Shown piece by piece: positions 20,322-29,954 of a stretch of DNA of 64,000 bases. The notes under the pieces are model-generated. The model made no database searches. It saw only the letters and a program-made list of their open reading frames with translations, and was not told the origin of the DNA. The first letter of the stretch is position 1. Each line of letters opens with the position of its first letter. The position numbers and the translations under genes were made by a program. This DNA is from an uncultured bacterium (GTDB lineage Bacteria > UBP15 > UBA6099): contig CAYPEK010000004.1 of the NCBI GenBank assembly GCA_964409645.1, positions 6,135 through 70,134 of the forward strand, given 5' to 3'.

Positions 20322-23300
20322 TCAATATGACCGGCTCCGCGTCTCTTCCGGCCCGAGATACGACTTCTTCAGGCCGCCGAAATCTATAATTATCTTGTCC
20401 AGAATCACGCTCGGATCAACTCCCCACACTTTGAGCATGTGCGGCCCGCGATCTATCTTCATCTTTATTGATCCTTCCATCATGTTCCGGAAAACATTCT
20501 TTTTGCCTGTTTCATTAACCTCGTCGTGCGCCTGTGCGAATTCCACAAGAACCGGCGTTCCTTCATCTATCGAAACGCCAACCTTCAGCACCCGACCCGC
20601 GTTTATCTCATGCGTGGGAATCGCCTCGAAGTTCACCTTCGCCTCGCCCGCATCGAAAACATAAATAAATGCCTCCACCCCGGCCGCTTTCTTTACGATC
20701 TCCGCCGGGTCCAGCAGTGTCGGCGCGGACAGCGGCGTCACCGTTATCGACGCGCCCGTCCTTCCGAGCCCCGGAATTCGATTCCAGAATTCGCTTTCAA
20801 TGTCGTCGAGAGTCGGCTGAATGTTCATCTTCTCGCTCTCATACATAATCGGCGATACCATCTTCCTCAGATTCGTCGCGTTTATCGAAATCACGCCGTT
20901 GTCCTGAACGAAATCCGCGCCTTTAATATCGAGACTTCCGGGATTGAAAACACTCAGCTTAACCTCATACTCACTCCCCGCGCCGGCGATCTTCACCGTC
21001 CCTTCAACATTGTCTCCCTTCGGCGCCTTGTCGAAGTCCACATCGACATAAATCCGTTCGTCCGGCCCGAGCTTGCCCGATGTTTTACTCAGCAGAATCC
21101 AGTCCGCGACCGGCACGGCCTTCCACTCCGCGGGTTGCGAACTCCTGTTGAAAATATCTATGAAATACGACTTCTTCGTGAACTTGTTGAACTGCGGGAG
21201 CACACTCGCCTTCGCTCCGCTGTTCGCCACCGGCTCCACCGGCGTGCCGGCGCCCTCGATCGCAACACCTATCGCCGACGAATCCGACGGCTTGGCCTTC
21301 CCCGTCTTAACATCCCGGAACACCGGCAGATCGTTCGGATGATCCGACATCATGTGCCGCCACTTTCCGCCCGCAAGCGTTTCGTTGTAATATTCGGTTT
21401 CCCCGTTGAGTTGCTTTTGCGCATCAGCCGCCATGACTGCATACGTATCGGCCGAAGCTCGCCCCTGCCGCGTGTATCTCCGGCTCTTGTACGCGTACAA
21501 ATGCTTCTTGTTCATCAGCGACGTCCCGCGCACCGGATAGAGCACGAGCTCGTAGTACGCGTCCTTTTTCTCCGCGGGCAGCTTCTCGTAAATCACCGAC
21601 GCCTTTTTCTCGATGCCGTCGAATGCATCGATCCGTTTCTGAGCCTCGTCGCCGTAAGTGTAGAGCGAAAATTCCGGGTCCGAGTTCTGCGCGCCGATCT
21701 GATACTTGTCGTAGAAGCCCATGTGCTCCGGCTTCCTCTGATAGTTCAGCGTGTAATATTCATTCATTAAATCCGCAATGTCGCCGGCGTACTCCGCGCC
21801 GAATTCGCGGGCGGCCCATTCTTTGAGAAATTTGTCTATGTTGAAAATATTCCTGCTGCCGATGTCCCACGCCATCTGCAGGAAGAGCTCGGTGCCGATC
21901 TCGCCCGGTTTCAGGTCGCCCACGTTCAGCACCCACAGCCGTTGCGCGCCGTACGCATAAGCCTTGTTCATTTCCTCCCAGATCAGCGCGGGCGGCGTCG
22001 TGTTCAGCCAGAGGTAATCGTGCGGCGGCCCCCAGTACGAAATGTGATAATACACTCCGTTGCCGCCCGGCCGTTTCCGCTCTTCCTCCGTCGGCAACCG
22101 CCGGATGTATCCGAAGTTGTCGTCCGGCCACACTATCGTCACATCCTCCGGAACCTTCAGCCCACCCCAGTAGATGTCGAGCACTTCCTTGTACGGCACG
22201 AAAATCTGCGGAACCTTCGTCACGTCGGGATTCACATGCTTCGCAAGCATCTCGCGCTGGTCCTTAATGATTCTGTCGAGCAACGCAACCCGTTCCTCGG
22301 TCGTCTTCCCGTCCGGCATCGCGCTGTCGTGTATCGCCCGCATTCCTATCGTGTACACGTTTTCGAACTGCCCGTTGACCCTCACCCGTTCGTCCCAATA
22401 TCCGAGCAGGTTCTCCTTGTTGTTCACGTATGACCACTCGCCGTATTTCGCGAAATCCCATTCGTCCACATTGTTGCGCAGCATCTGCTCGCAGTGCGAA
22501 GAACCCATTACTATCGCGTAGTCGTCCGCGACAAACTTGTCCTTGTCGTAATAGTTGAACGCCTTCGTGCATTTGTGCATCGCCGGCCACATATAATTCG
22601 CCTTAAGTCGCAAGAGCAGCTCGAACATCTTCGCGTAAGTCTTCGGGCCTATGTCTCCTGTTTCCGGCTCGTAAGTCTTCGCCGCCCACGGTTTCAGTCC
22701 GAAGTCCTCGTCGTTCAGGAATATCCCGCGGTATTTCACAGACGGCGGGCCAAACACTGTCGCTCCGCCTTTGATTACCAAAGAGGCCTTCTTCGACGGC
22801 GCAACGTCCGCCCACCACACCCACGGCGACACACCCGCCGCCGCGGACAACTCGAACGCGCCGAACACCGCCCCGCGCCGGTCGCTCCCGGCCACAACAA
22901 GCCCCGTTTCCACTCCCGGCATCGGCTTGTCCACAACCGCTATAAGGTACATCTCCCAGCCGCCATCGATCTTCGAAACGTCGAGTTTCTTATCCGCAAC
23001 CAGCTTCTTTATCGCGCCGCATTTTTCGAGTGTACCGATGATGACCACGTTCTTCCCGAGGCCGGACGCCGAATCAGACACGCGCGGTTTCACGCCCGAC
23101 ACGGCCTCCAAGTCGCCCGCGAGCGCATCCGCCGCGATCCGCACAACCTTATAGTCCGCCGCGTCGATGTAGATGTCCGCCACTTTGCCGCCGGCGGCAA
23201 GCTCGAAATCGCCTTTTGCGTATTTCTCCGCAAGCAGATCGGACGCAAAGCCGCGCGCGACGACTAAAAATGTAAAAAGAATCGCCGCCGAAAAAACAAC

Positions 23301-23330
23301 CGAAAATTTTCTCATATCTTTTCTCCGCAA
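20322..23330 (-). CDS. Secreted glycoside hydrolase family 115 protein (xylan alpha-glucuronidase-like)
   Basis: Signal peptide. 1002 aa whose conserved blocks are YRGIFLNDEDFGLKPWAAKTY, LLLRLKANYMWPAMH and VNPDVTKVPQIFVPYKEVL. Their arrangement and the protein length match GH115. Confidence 0.65.
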   Translation of the reverse strand: MRRKDMRKFSVVFSAAILFTFLVVARGFASDLLAEKYAKGDFELAAGGKVADIYIDAADYKVVRIAADALAGDLEAVSGVKPRVSDSASGLGKNVVIIGTLEKCGAIKKLVADKKLDVSKIDGGWEMYLIAVVDKPMPGVETGLVVAGSDRRGAVFGAFELSAAAGVSPWVWWADVAPSKKASLVIKGGATVFGPPSVKYRGIFLNDEDFGLKPWAAKTYEPETGDIGPKTYAKMFELLLRLKANYMWPAMHKCTKAFNYYDKDKFVADDYAIVMGSSHCEQMLRNNVDEWDFAKYGEWSYVNNKENLLGYWDERVRVNGQFENVYTIGMRAIHDSAMPDGKTTEERVALLDRIIKDQREMLAKHVNPDVTKVPQIFVPYKEVLDIYWGGLKVPEDVTIVWPDDNFGYIRRLPTEEERKRPGGNGVYYHISYWGPPHDYLWLNTTPPALIWEEMNKAYAYGAQRLWVLNVGDLKPGEIGTELFLQMAWDIGSRNIFNIDKFLKEWAAREFGAEYAGDIADLMNEYYTLNYQRKPEHMGFYDKYQIGAQNSDPEFSLYTYGDEAQKRIDAFDGIEKKASVIYEKLPAEKKDAYYELVLYPVRGTSLMNKKHLYAYKSRRYTRQGRASADTYAVMAADAQKQLNGETEYYNETLAGGKWRHMMSDHPNDLPVFRDVKTGKAKPSDSSAIGVAIEGAGTPVEPVANSGAKASVLPQFNKFTKKSYFIDIFNRSSQPAEWKAVPVADWILLSKTSGKLGPDERIYVDVDFDKAPKGDNVEGTVKIAGAGSEYEVKLSVFNPGSLDIKGADFVQDNGVISINATNLRKMVSPIMYESEKMNIQPTLDDIESEFWNRIPGLGRTGASITVTPLSAPTLLDPAEIVKKAAGVEAFIYVFDAGEAKVNFEAIPTHEINAGRVLKVGVSIDEGTPVLVEFAQAHDEVNETGKKNVFRNMMEGSIKMKIDRGPHMLKVWGVDPSVILDKIIIDFGGLKKSYLGPEETRSRSY

Positions 23331-23435
23331 AAAAATCTCAAACCTAACTGCAATTATAGATTATCATTGTTTCAACTCAAACCCTGTGGGATAACATGAC
23401 CTCAATACGATAATTGATAAATTCAACAGCGAGTA

Positions 23436-23451
23436 GTACAATTAATTGTAC
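23436..23451. promoter_or_regulatory. Perfect 16-bp palindrome GTACAATTAATTGTAC, a candidate TA operator/promoter
   Basis: Located 19 bp upstream of the antitoxin start. It contains a TACAAT -10-like hexamer. Type II TA complexes typically autoregulate through such palindromes. Confidence 0.55.
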
Positions 23452-23469
23452 AATAAAGGGGGCAATTAT

Positions 23470-23739
23470 ATGTTGAAGGATATAACGATATCCAAGGCGC
23501 GTGACGAGCTCACCTCCCTGCCGAAGAAATTGTCGAAGAACCATGAAACGGTTGCCGTAACCCGGCGAGGCAAACCGGTGCTCGCGATTATGCCGTGGGA
23601 ATTGTACGAATCGGTTGTCGAAACTCTTGAGATTATGGGCGACGAAAAACTCATGACGTCGCTACGCGAGAGCATAAAGGATATAAAAGCCGAAAGACTA
23701 TATACCTCCGAAGAAGTCAAAAAGGAACTCGGCCTGTGA
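23470..23739 (+). CDS. Phd/YefM-family type II antitoxin
   Basis: MLKDITISKARDELTSLPKKL...VAVTRRGKPVLAIMPWELYESVVETLEIMGDEKLMTSLRESIKD. Strong SD AAAGGGGG sits 8 nt upstream of ATG 23470. The stop TGA overlaps the GTG start of the downstream toxin reading frame (GTGA). Confidence 0.8.
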   Translation: MLKDITISKARDELTSLPKKLSKNHETVAVTRRGKPVLAIMPWELYESVVETLEIMGDEKLMTSLRESIKDIKAERLYTSEEVKKELGL

Positions 23740-24058
23740 GCAGTACGAAATATGATGTGATGTGGACCGCGAGTGCGAAAAAAATGCTCGCCGCGACCGG
23801 CGCATCATGGGCAAGATATTCGAGCGCGCTTGCGAGCTTTCCGTGGAGCCGGAAAAACAGGGAAAGCCGCTTACGAACGAACTTTCGGGCTACCGGAGCG
23901 TCCGCGCTGTCGGCCAGAGATACCGCATAATTTACAACGTCGAAAAAAAGAAGGTTGTTGTATATATTGTAGCCGCAGGACTTAGAAGAGGCGACCAGAA
24001 AAAAGACATATACGAGCTTGCGAAGAAGCTCATCCGCACGGGGTTGATCGACAGATAA
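23736..24058 (+). pseudogene. RelE/ParE-family toxin gene disrupted by a -1 frameshift at an A7 homopolymer (23778-23784)
   Basis: N-terminal MSSTKYDVMWTASAKK is in frame 0, starting at GTG 23736. The remaining 90 aa are in the -1 frame (ORF 23762-24058): RRDRRIMGKIFERACELSVEPEKQGKPLTNELSGYRSVRAVGQRYRIIYNVEKKKVVVYIVAAGLRRGDQKKDIY. Adding one A to the A7 run gives a continuous 107-aa RelE-like protein. Confidence 0.75.
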
Positions 24059-24086
24059 TCCGGAAACTTATTGGTGTATTTTGAGT

Positions 24087-24794
24087 TTATTTCACGAATC
24101 CGTATTTGATAATACACCAGAGCGCCGTGACAGCGTCCTTGAACCCGATTTTCTTGCCTTCCTCGTATGTGCGGCCGCTGTATGAAATGCCAACCTCATA
24201 CACGCGGCAGCCGAGCCGGGCAACCTTTGCCGTAACCTCGGGCTCGAAGCCGAACCGGTTCTGTTCGAGCTTGATATTTTGAATAATTTCCGTGCGGAAA
24301 ACCTTGTAGCACGTCTCCATGTCCGTAAGGTTTAGATTCGTGAAGATGTTCGACATTAATGTAAACAGCCTGTTACCCACATAGTGCCAGAAATAGAGAA
24401 CGCGGTGCGCGCCCTCGCCCATGAACCGCGAGCCGAACACAACGTCCGCGCGGCCGTCCAACAGCGGTTCGAGCAGCCGCGGATACTCGGCCGGATTGTA
24501 TTCGAGGTCCGCGTCCTGCACGATTACGTAATCGCCGGTTGCGTGCTGAAAACCGGTGCGGAGCGCGGCGCCCTTGCCCATGTTCTTTTCGTGGAACACG
24601 ACTTTCGCGACCTCGCTTTCGAGGCCGTTGCGGATCAGATCCCGCGTGCCGTCTGTCGAGTAGTCATCGACAATCACAATCTCAAGGCCGATCCCGTCCG
24701 GGCGCGCCGCTTTCACACGCCGCACGATCTCCGTCAGCGTGTCTTTCTCGTTGTAAACCGGTATCACTACCGTAAGGACTTTGCCGTCACTCAT
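24087..24794 (-). CDS. GT2-family glycosyltransferase (polyprenol-phosphate sugar synthase-like, soluble)
   Basis: [34 protein letters not shown] and [12 protein letters not shown] (DxD). Confidence 0.85.
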   Translation of the reverse strand: MSDGKVLTVVIPVYNEKDTLTEIVRRVKAARPDGIGLEIVIVDDYSTDGTRDLIRNGLESEVAKVVFHEKNMGKGAALRTGFQHATGDYVIVQDADLEYNPAEYPRLLEPLLDGRADVVFGSRFMGEGAHRVLYFWHYVGNRLFTLMSNIFTNLNLTDMETCYKVFRTEIIQNIKLEQNRFGFEPEVTAKVARLGCRVYEVGISYSGRTYEEGKKIGFKDAVTALWCIIKYGFVK

Positions 24795-24987
24795 TATCGA
24801 AACATTTTATCACGGGCTGCGATTATTCGCATCTGTTTAGTCTGCATTTTTCACCAGTGCAGGTGGAAATCGAAAAAAGGGATGAGATACAAGACGAATC
24901 GAGCGAGAACGAGGGAGCATACTGTTCCGTATGTGACCGAGTTCGAGCCGATGATTCAACGCGGTAGATCGCCCTTTCTTCGATTTC

Positions 24988-25013
24988 CCGGATTTTTCTT
25001 GTGAAAAATCCGG
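24988..25013. terminator. Stem-loop CCGGATTTTT-cttgtg-AAAAATCCGG
   Basis: A 10-bp perfect inverted repeat with A/T tracts readable on either strand. It lies 30 bp downstream of the minus-strand metallophosphoesterase stop (25043). Confidence 0.35.
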
Positions 25014-25042
25014 ATTAGAATATGATTCCGCCCGCAACATTT

Positions 25043-26089
25043 CTATTTGTCGGCCACGTTAGACATTTTCACCTCGGCCACCGCGTTGTCCTTGATCTTT
25101 ATCGTCTCGTAGAACCCGTCCACCGACGCTTTATCTATCAGATAGTACAGCGGCAGGCTGCCGATCTTCTCTTCGCCACCCGCGTGATAGTGGCCGGAAA
25201 GAAACAAATTCACTTTCTGCGGAAGCAGCACCTGCGAAATGATAAATCTCAAATCGGAGTCCTCGCGGTGCGAGAACAGGACCTTGAACGGCGCTTCCTT
25301 GTGTGCGCGCGTCTCTCGCTTGATCCATTCCATGTTTTTGTCCGGATCAGGCGTCGGGAACTGATACTGTGTGTCGAACCCGAGATAGAAATGGTCGCCG
25401 TACATGAACCAGAATCTTCCGGGGCCGAGGTACTTGTCCGCATCCGAATTATTGCGGTCATGGTTTCCGGCCACAACTACCGTCGGGGAGTTTATCGTGT
25501 CCGTGATATCGAGAAAAGCTTTGAACTGCGCCGGGTCACTGAAATCCGTTACGTCGCCGGTGATGATAACCATGTCCGGTTTGATCTCATTCGCGCGCGC
25601 CGCGATTTTAGTGTAGAAGTCTTTCCCTCGCTCGTAGTCGCCCTCGATGCGGCCAATGTGTACGTCTGAGATGTGCATTATCGTATATTCTGTCGGGAAC
25701 TTATCCAACACCATGATCGAGTGTCTGCTTACATCGTCATTTCCGCCCTTATGCGCGGCGACTCCGTATAGACCGGCCGCGGTGTCCGCCGGGATTGCTA
25801 CCGTGAATCTGTACGTACCCGTCGCCGGCCCCTCCATCTTTTCCGACGGTTCGAGCCGCATCCGCGAACCGCCCTTTTCGAGAAAAACGCTGAACACGCA
25901 CGAGCAGCTCTCGTAAACCGATTTTGCCACATCGACATTTATTTTCTCTCCGGGATGCACGAACACCGGCCGCGTCGATATCGGGTTCAATATGAAACTG
26001 AGTTTGCCTCCGGCGTCCCGCGCCGCCGCCGCCCCGCCGATTCCGATTATGATTGCAAGTGCGATTATAATTCCGGTTGCTTTTCTCAC
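25043..26089 (-). CDS. Secreted calcineurin-like metallophosphoesterase, paralogue of 3004-4248
   Basis: Motifs ISDVHIGR, VIITGDVTDF, VVVAGNHD and SGHYH. A GGAGG SD sits 6 nt before the in-frame GTG at 26089, giving VRKATGIIIALAIIIGIGGAAAA (signal peptide). The track ORF extends to 26245 without signal-like sequence. Confidence 0.7.
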   Translation of the reverse strand: MRKATGIIIALAIIIGIGGAAAARDAGGKLSFILNPISTRPVFVHPGEKINVDVAKSVYESCSCVFSVFLEKGGSRMRLEPSEKMEGPATGTYRFTVAIPADTAAGLYGVAAHKGGNDDVSRHSIMVLDKFPTEYTIMHISDVHIGRIEGDYERGKDFYTKIAARANEIKPDMVIITGDVTDFSDPAQFKAFLDITDTINSPTVVVAGNHDRNNSDADKYLGPGRFWFMYGDHFYLGFDTQYQFPTPDPDKNMEWIKRETRAHKEAPFKVLFSHREDSDLRFIISQVLLPQKVNLFLSGHYHAGGEEKIGSLPLYYLIDKASVDGFYETIKIKDNAVAEVKMSNVADK

Positions 26090-26181
26090 TTCCCGCCTCC
26101 GCGCATTTGTCCCGCATATTTTAATAGCACTGGTATTAATTTGTCCTTGAATTTGAAATCTTGCGAGTGGAAAAATTTGCT

Positions 26182-29028
26182 TCAATACTGGCTGAACCGG
26201 ATGTTCGCAAACGGATAAAAGTCTAAAACCAGAATTGCCGCACACGAGTTTTTCTGCGCTTCACGCGGAATTGTGGCGTGTATTTCCGTCAGTATTCCCG
26301 ACTCGCCGGTCACAACGTCCTCCCGGCTGCCGCCGATGATTTCGCCGGTCACGATGTCGAGCAAAATGAACTGTATGAGATGATCTTCCGCTTTGTATTC
26401 GCCCGCCGTGACGCGCGCGGAGATGCGGTCGAATCCGGTTTCGATCTGAATCTCCAGTCCCTCCGGCCGCCTGAACGCGGGGTTGTCATACGGCACAGTG
26501 TCGAACGCGAGAAACGCCGCGAGCTCATCCCTTTCGTCGGCGACTCGCATGACTCTGAGCAAGTCGGCATACTCCGGCATATTGTGAATCGACGTGCACG
26601 CGTAAGCCGCGCCGTTCTCGACCGACCGCGCCGACGTGAAGCGGCCGCTCAGCCGGAAAAGATCGAACGGGATGTTCGCCCCGAGCGTTGACATACGAAA
26701 TGAGCCGGATGTTTTGAAGCAGCCGCCCCTGAAAACACCCGACGCGAGAAACCTGTTCGCCGTCCTCGGCGAGAGCTGGAAAGAGCCGCCCGCTTCGAGC
26801 ACGGACCATCCCGTGAGTACGATTATCCCGCGCTCCCGGTCGATATGTATGGGCGCGATCGCGAAATTGTGCGCGTCTATCGCGGCCTGAGCCAGCGCGT
26901 CGATCTCCTTCGGCCTGCTGAGCTGGAATCCCTTGATAACAATGCCGGGCGTCTCCGCTTCGCTGATGCTCAACGGCAACACTTCCCCACATGGCGCTGT
27001 CGTGAACGTTATCGTCCTGTCGAATACGCCCGCCTCGCCGCCCGCTATGTAACGACCACTCGCGCTCACTGTGTATTCCGCGCCGCCTTCGAGCAGCCCG
27101 GATGGTATGATGTTGATCCCGCGCCCCATCGGATCGATGCGGCACGTGTAACCCGTTTCGGGCGTAATCTCGACGGCCACCGTGCGCGGGTCGATCTCCG
27201 CGGCGACTATGTTCAAATCCGCATCAGCCGCAAGCAGCGCGAGACTGATGTTTTCCGTAATCTCTATCCCGAACGGCGGCGAGAACCGCGGAGTTCCGAA
27301 GCGGTCGAGCGGCACAAGCACGGCCCCGCCCGGCGGAATGTCCGGCCGCGCGCCGTCGTTCCCGGGCTCGATGCACACACGCTCATCCGCATGATTATCA
27401 AAGTAGAAATTGCGCGACACGGAAAATATCTCGCCGGTGGTGGACCCTACATGGATCGTTCCATCCGCGTCGATCGCGGGCGACGAATTGAGATCGTTTG
27501 CCGGGCCGGGAGCCGTCAGCAGCGACCACACGCGGCGGCCTTCCGGGCTGATGCAATAGAGCTTTCCGTTTTCGTTCCCGGCGTAAATCAGCCCTTCCGG
27601 ATCGATCGCGGGCGAGCTTTTCACCGGGCCGTCCGTGTAGTACGTCCATCGCTTTTTGCCGAAGCGGTCCACGCAGTGAATGCCGCCGTCGCACGAGCCG
27701 ACTACAACCGAACCGTCCTCCGTGACCGCCGGCGACGAATGAATCAGTCCGAGCGTCTGATGCGACCAGAATATAGTACCGTCCTCTGGCGCCAGAGCGT
27801 AAAGTTTGCCGTCGAACGCGCCGAAGAAGATTTCTCCGTACTGTCCCCATGCGGGCGTTGATGCGATCGCGCCGCCGACGCGTGTCATCCAGCGCCGCAG
27901 ACCGGACGACGCTTCGACCGCGTGCAGCCCGCCGCTCAGCGTGCCGATGTACACCGTGCCGCCGTCCGGGCTGATCAGCGGTTTCGTCCAGATCACCCCG
28001 CTCGGGTAGCTGTTCGTGTCGTATTCCCAGACGAGATTTCCGTCGGTGTCGATCTTGTAGAGCCGGTTGTCGTTGCTGCCGGCGTATATGTAGAGTTTGC
28101 CGCCCTCTTCGTTGATCGCGAGGCCGCCCTCGAAGAACGAGGAAAGCTGTGCGTGCGGGTCTTTCGACGGAGTCTCGTAGTGGAGTCCGCTGAACGTCCA
28201 CAACACCTCGCCCGTCTCGGGGTCGATCTTCCAGACGCGGCCCCGATTCCGGTTGCCGTCCTCGTCGCAGTCGTTGGATGCCATATAGAGAAAACCGTCC
28301 GCGCCGAATGCTCCCGTCGCGGCGATGTACATCACACGTTCGTCCCGCAGCCGCCATTTCACGGAGCCGTCCGGGTGCAGAGCGACAAACTCTCCGTCCG
28401 CATGCCCGATATATATGTCGCCGCCGGGTCCGACGATGCAGGACGGCCATATCAGCGCGCCGATTTTGGTTGCTTTGAAGCTACTCACATCCGGTTCGGG
28501 GCGGAAAAACTCGGGCACCCGCCCGCGGTTCGCCGCAGAGAACCGGAAGCTCGGAAACGGAGCCTCTTCACTCAGCCCTCGGAAATAGTCGTGCGTCTCC
28601 GGCCGGTGCACGAGACTGAGCTGCTCCACAATGATCTTGTTCAGAACCTCGAAGAGTTCCAGCGTCGGCGCGAGAATCTCCGCCTGATCGATTGCCGGCA
28701 GTGAGCGCGGCGCCGCCTGCATTACATCCTGAAAACTCTTGTGCATCTCCTTAATCGCGGCGTCGATTTCGGGGCCGAGCGGGCTGTCCGTTGTCTTCGG
28801 ATGCCGCGCGACCGGTATCATCTCGCTCCACACGAGACCGGCCATGTTCATGGACGCGATGACCGCGCCGGGAAGCGCCTTCGAGCCGCCGTCTTTCAGC
28901 CGGTTGATCGACTCCATGTTTTTAAGGAACTGTTTCTTGAGCGCCTGCGTGCGCGCGGTCAACTCCGCCTCGCTGCCCTTGCGCGCGTTTGCGGAAAAAC
29001 GCTCGAGCCAGTCCATTAATTTCGCCAA
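26182..29028 (-). CDS. Large (948 aa) protein with PQQ-like/BamB-like beta-propeller repeats; no N-terminal signal peptide
   Basis: Repeated blades of the pattern Y-x-G-x-x-D-G-x-L-Y-A, including DGKLYALAPEDGTIFW, NGKLYCISPEGRRVW, GGKLYIYAGSNDNRLYKID and DGTVYIGTLSGGLHAVE. The N-terminal 170 aa are hydrophilic. Confidence 0.55.
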   Translation of the reverse strand: MAKLMDWLERFSANARKGSEAELTARTQALKKQFLKNMESINRLKDGGSKALPGAVIASMNMAGLVWSEMIPVARHPKTTDSPLGPEIDAAIKEMHKSFQDVMQAAPRSLPAIDQAEILAPTLELFEVLNKIIVEQLSLVHRPETHDYFRGLSEEAPFPSFRFSAANRGRVPEFFRPEPDVSSFKATKIGALIWPSCIVGPGGDIYIGHADGEFVALHPDGSVKWRLRDERVMYIAATGAFGADGFLYMASNDCDEDGNRNRGRVWKIDPETGEVLWTFSGLHYETPSKDPHAQLSSFFEGGLAINEEGGKLYIYAGSNDNRLYKIDTDGNLVWEYDTNSYPSGVIWTKPLISPDGGTVYIGTLSGGLHAVEASSGLRRWMTRVGGAIASTPAWGQYGEIFFGAFDGKLYALAPEDGTIFWSHQTLGLIHSSPAVTEDGSVVVGSCDGGIHCVDRFGKKRWTYYTDGPVKSSPAIDPEGLIYAGNENGKLYCISPEGRRVWSLLTAPGPANDLNSSPAIDADGTIHVGSTTGEIFSVSRNFYFDNHADERVCIEPGNDGARPDIPPGGAVLVPLDRFGTPRFSPPFGIEITENISLALLAADADLNIVAAEIDPRTVAVEITPETGYTCRIDPMGRGINIIPSGLLEGGAEYTVSASGRYIAGGEAGVFDRTITFTTAPCGEVLPLSISEAETPGIVIKGFQLSRPKEIDALAQAAIDAHNFAIAPIHIDRERGIIVLTGWSVLEAGGSFQLSPRTANRFLASGVFRGGCFKTSGSFRMSTLGANIPFDLFRLSGRFTSARSVENGAAYACTSIHNMPEYADLLRVMRVADERDELAAFLAFDTVPYDNPAFRRPEGLEIQIETGFDRISARVTAGEYKAEDHLIQFILLDIVTGEIIGGSREDVVTGESGILTEIHATIPREAQKNSCAAILVLDFYPFANIRFSQY

Positions 29029-29183
29029 GACTCAACCCCCCGGCGGGAGCGCGCCGCCCCCACTTTCAAAAATGCAGACATATTATAACGAAAGCACGAA
29101 AAGATGCGATAAAAAAGTGACCGAGAAAAGCAAAACCGGCCTGAGATGACAATCATTTTTTTTATTGCGGAAATTGTTAAAAG

Positions 29184-29378
29184 TTATAAATACTCGTCAA
29201 CTTTTCGGGGAGGTTCAGGACTTATCCGCGGCGTCGTCCTCGGGTCCGGCGCCCGCTGGACAGCCGGTTCCACCCGCGGAGTGGACGGCGGCAGTACCCG
29301 CTCACTCGATGCAACCGGCGCCGGACGGCTTGTCGGCGGTATCGACATCTCGGATGTTACAACCTGTACGCCTGCCAT
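29184..29378 (-). CDS. Candidate small Pro/Ser/Thr-rich protein (64 aa)
   Basis: A strong SD AAGGAG 6 nt upstream of ATG (revcomp of 29376-29400) sits in a 410-bp gap that is otherwise gene-free. The protein is low-complexity, so it may be spurious. Confidence 0.25.
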   Translation of the reverse strand: MAGVQVVTSEMSIPPTSRPAPVASSERVLPPSTPRVEPAVQRAPDPRTTPRISPEPPRKVDEYL

Positions 29379-29439
29379 AAATAACTCCTTATATTTCTAT
29401 TATCCACTTTCCGCCCGTTTACGCAACCTCGCCCGAAAT

Positions 29440-29880
29440 TCATTTTTTGTGATCCGGTAAAAATGCGCCGATCCCGGCGTCGTGAACCTTCTCAAGCCCT
29501 CCGAAATCGACCTCGAAAAGCACGGCCTCCACGACAATGTGCACCTTGCCGCCCTCCCGCAGACAGCCCAACAGCGTCTCGCCGCCGCGCCCGGCAGCAA
29601 TATGGATATGCGGCTTTGGCGCGCCTTCCGCCCACATCACCGACCCCGCGCCAAGAAGCTCGCGCCCGTCCGAAAACTCGCTCCACACCGGCGCCGCCGG
29701 CAGCGTTAGGTCCTTCGGCCCCGTCACGATTCGGCCCGTCTCCATCGCCCCGAGCATAAATATGTACGCGTTCCGCACATTCTTTTCCCTCACGAACTCG
29801 ACCAGCCGCTCGATAAATAAGTCGCCGTGCTCGAAAGTAAGCGCAAAAACGCGCCCGATTGTTCCTTCTGTATATTTCAT
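29440..29880 (-). CDS. PPC (DUF296) domain protein
   Basis: 146 aa with LGAMETGRIVTG, PHIHIAAGRGGETLLGCLREGGKVHIVVEAVLFEV. Confidence 0.55.
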   Translation of the reverse strand: MKYTEGTIGRVFALTFEHGDLFIERLVEFVREKNVRNAYIFMLGAMETGRIVTGPKDLTLPAAPVWSEFSDGRELLGAGSVMWAEGAPKPHIHIAAGRGGETLLGCLREGGKVHIVVEAVLFEVDFGGLEKVHDAGIGAFLPDHKK

Positions 29881-29954
29881 CGAAACCTCCGCCGGACAGC
29901 CTCATCTAAACATCAAACCCATTAATTGTTATAATAATACCGCGACAAGCGCAT

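Noticed and set aside
29146-29460. Plus-strand 104-aa ORF in the 29-kb gap
   Set aside because: It is Gly/Arg-rich low-complexity sequence and has no ribosome-binding site. The minus-strand 64-aa ORF with a strong SD is the better, still weak, candidate.
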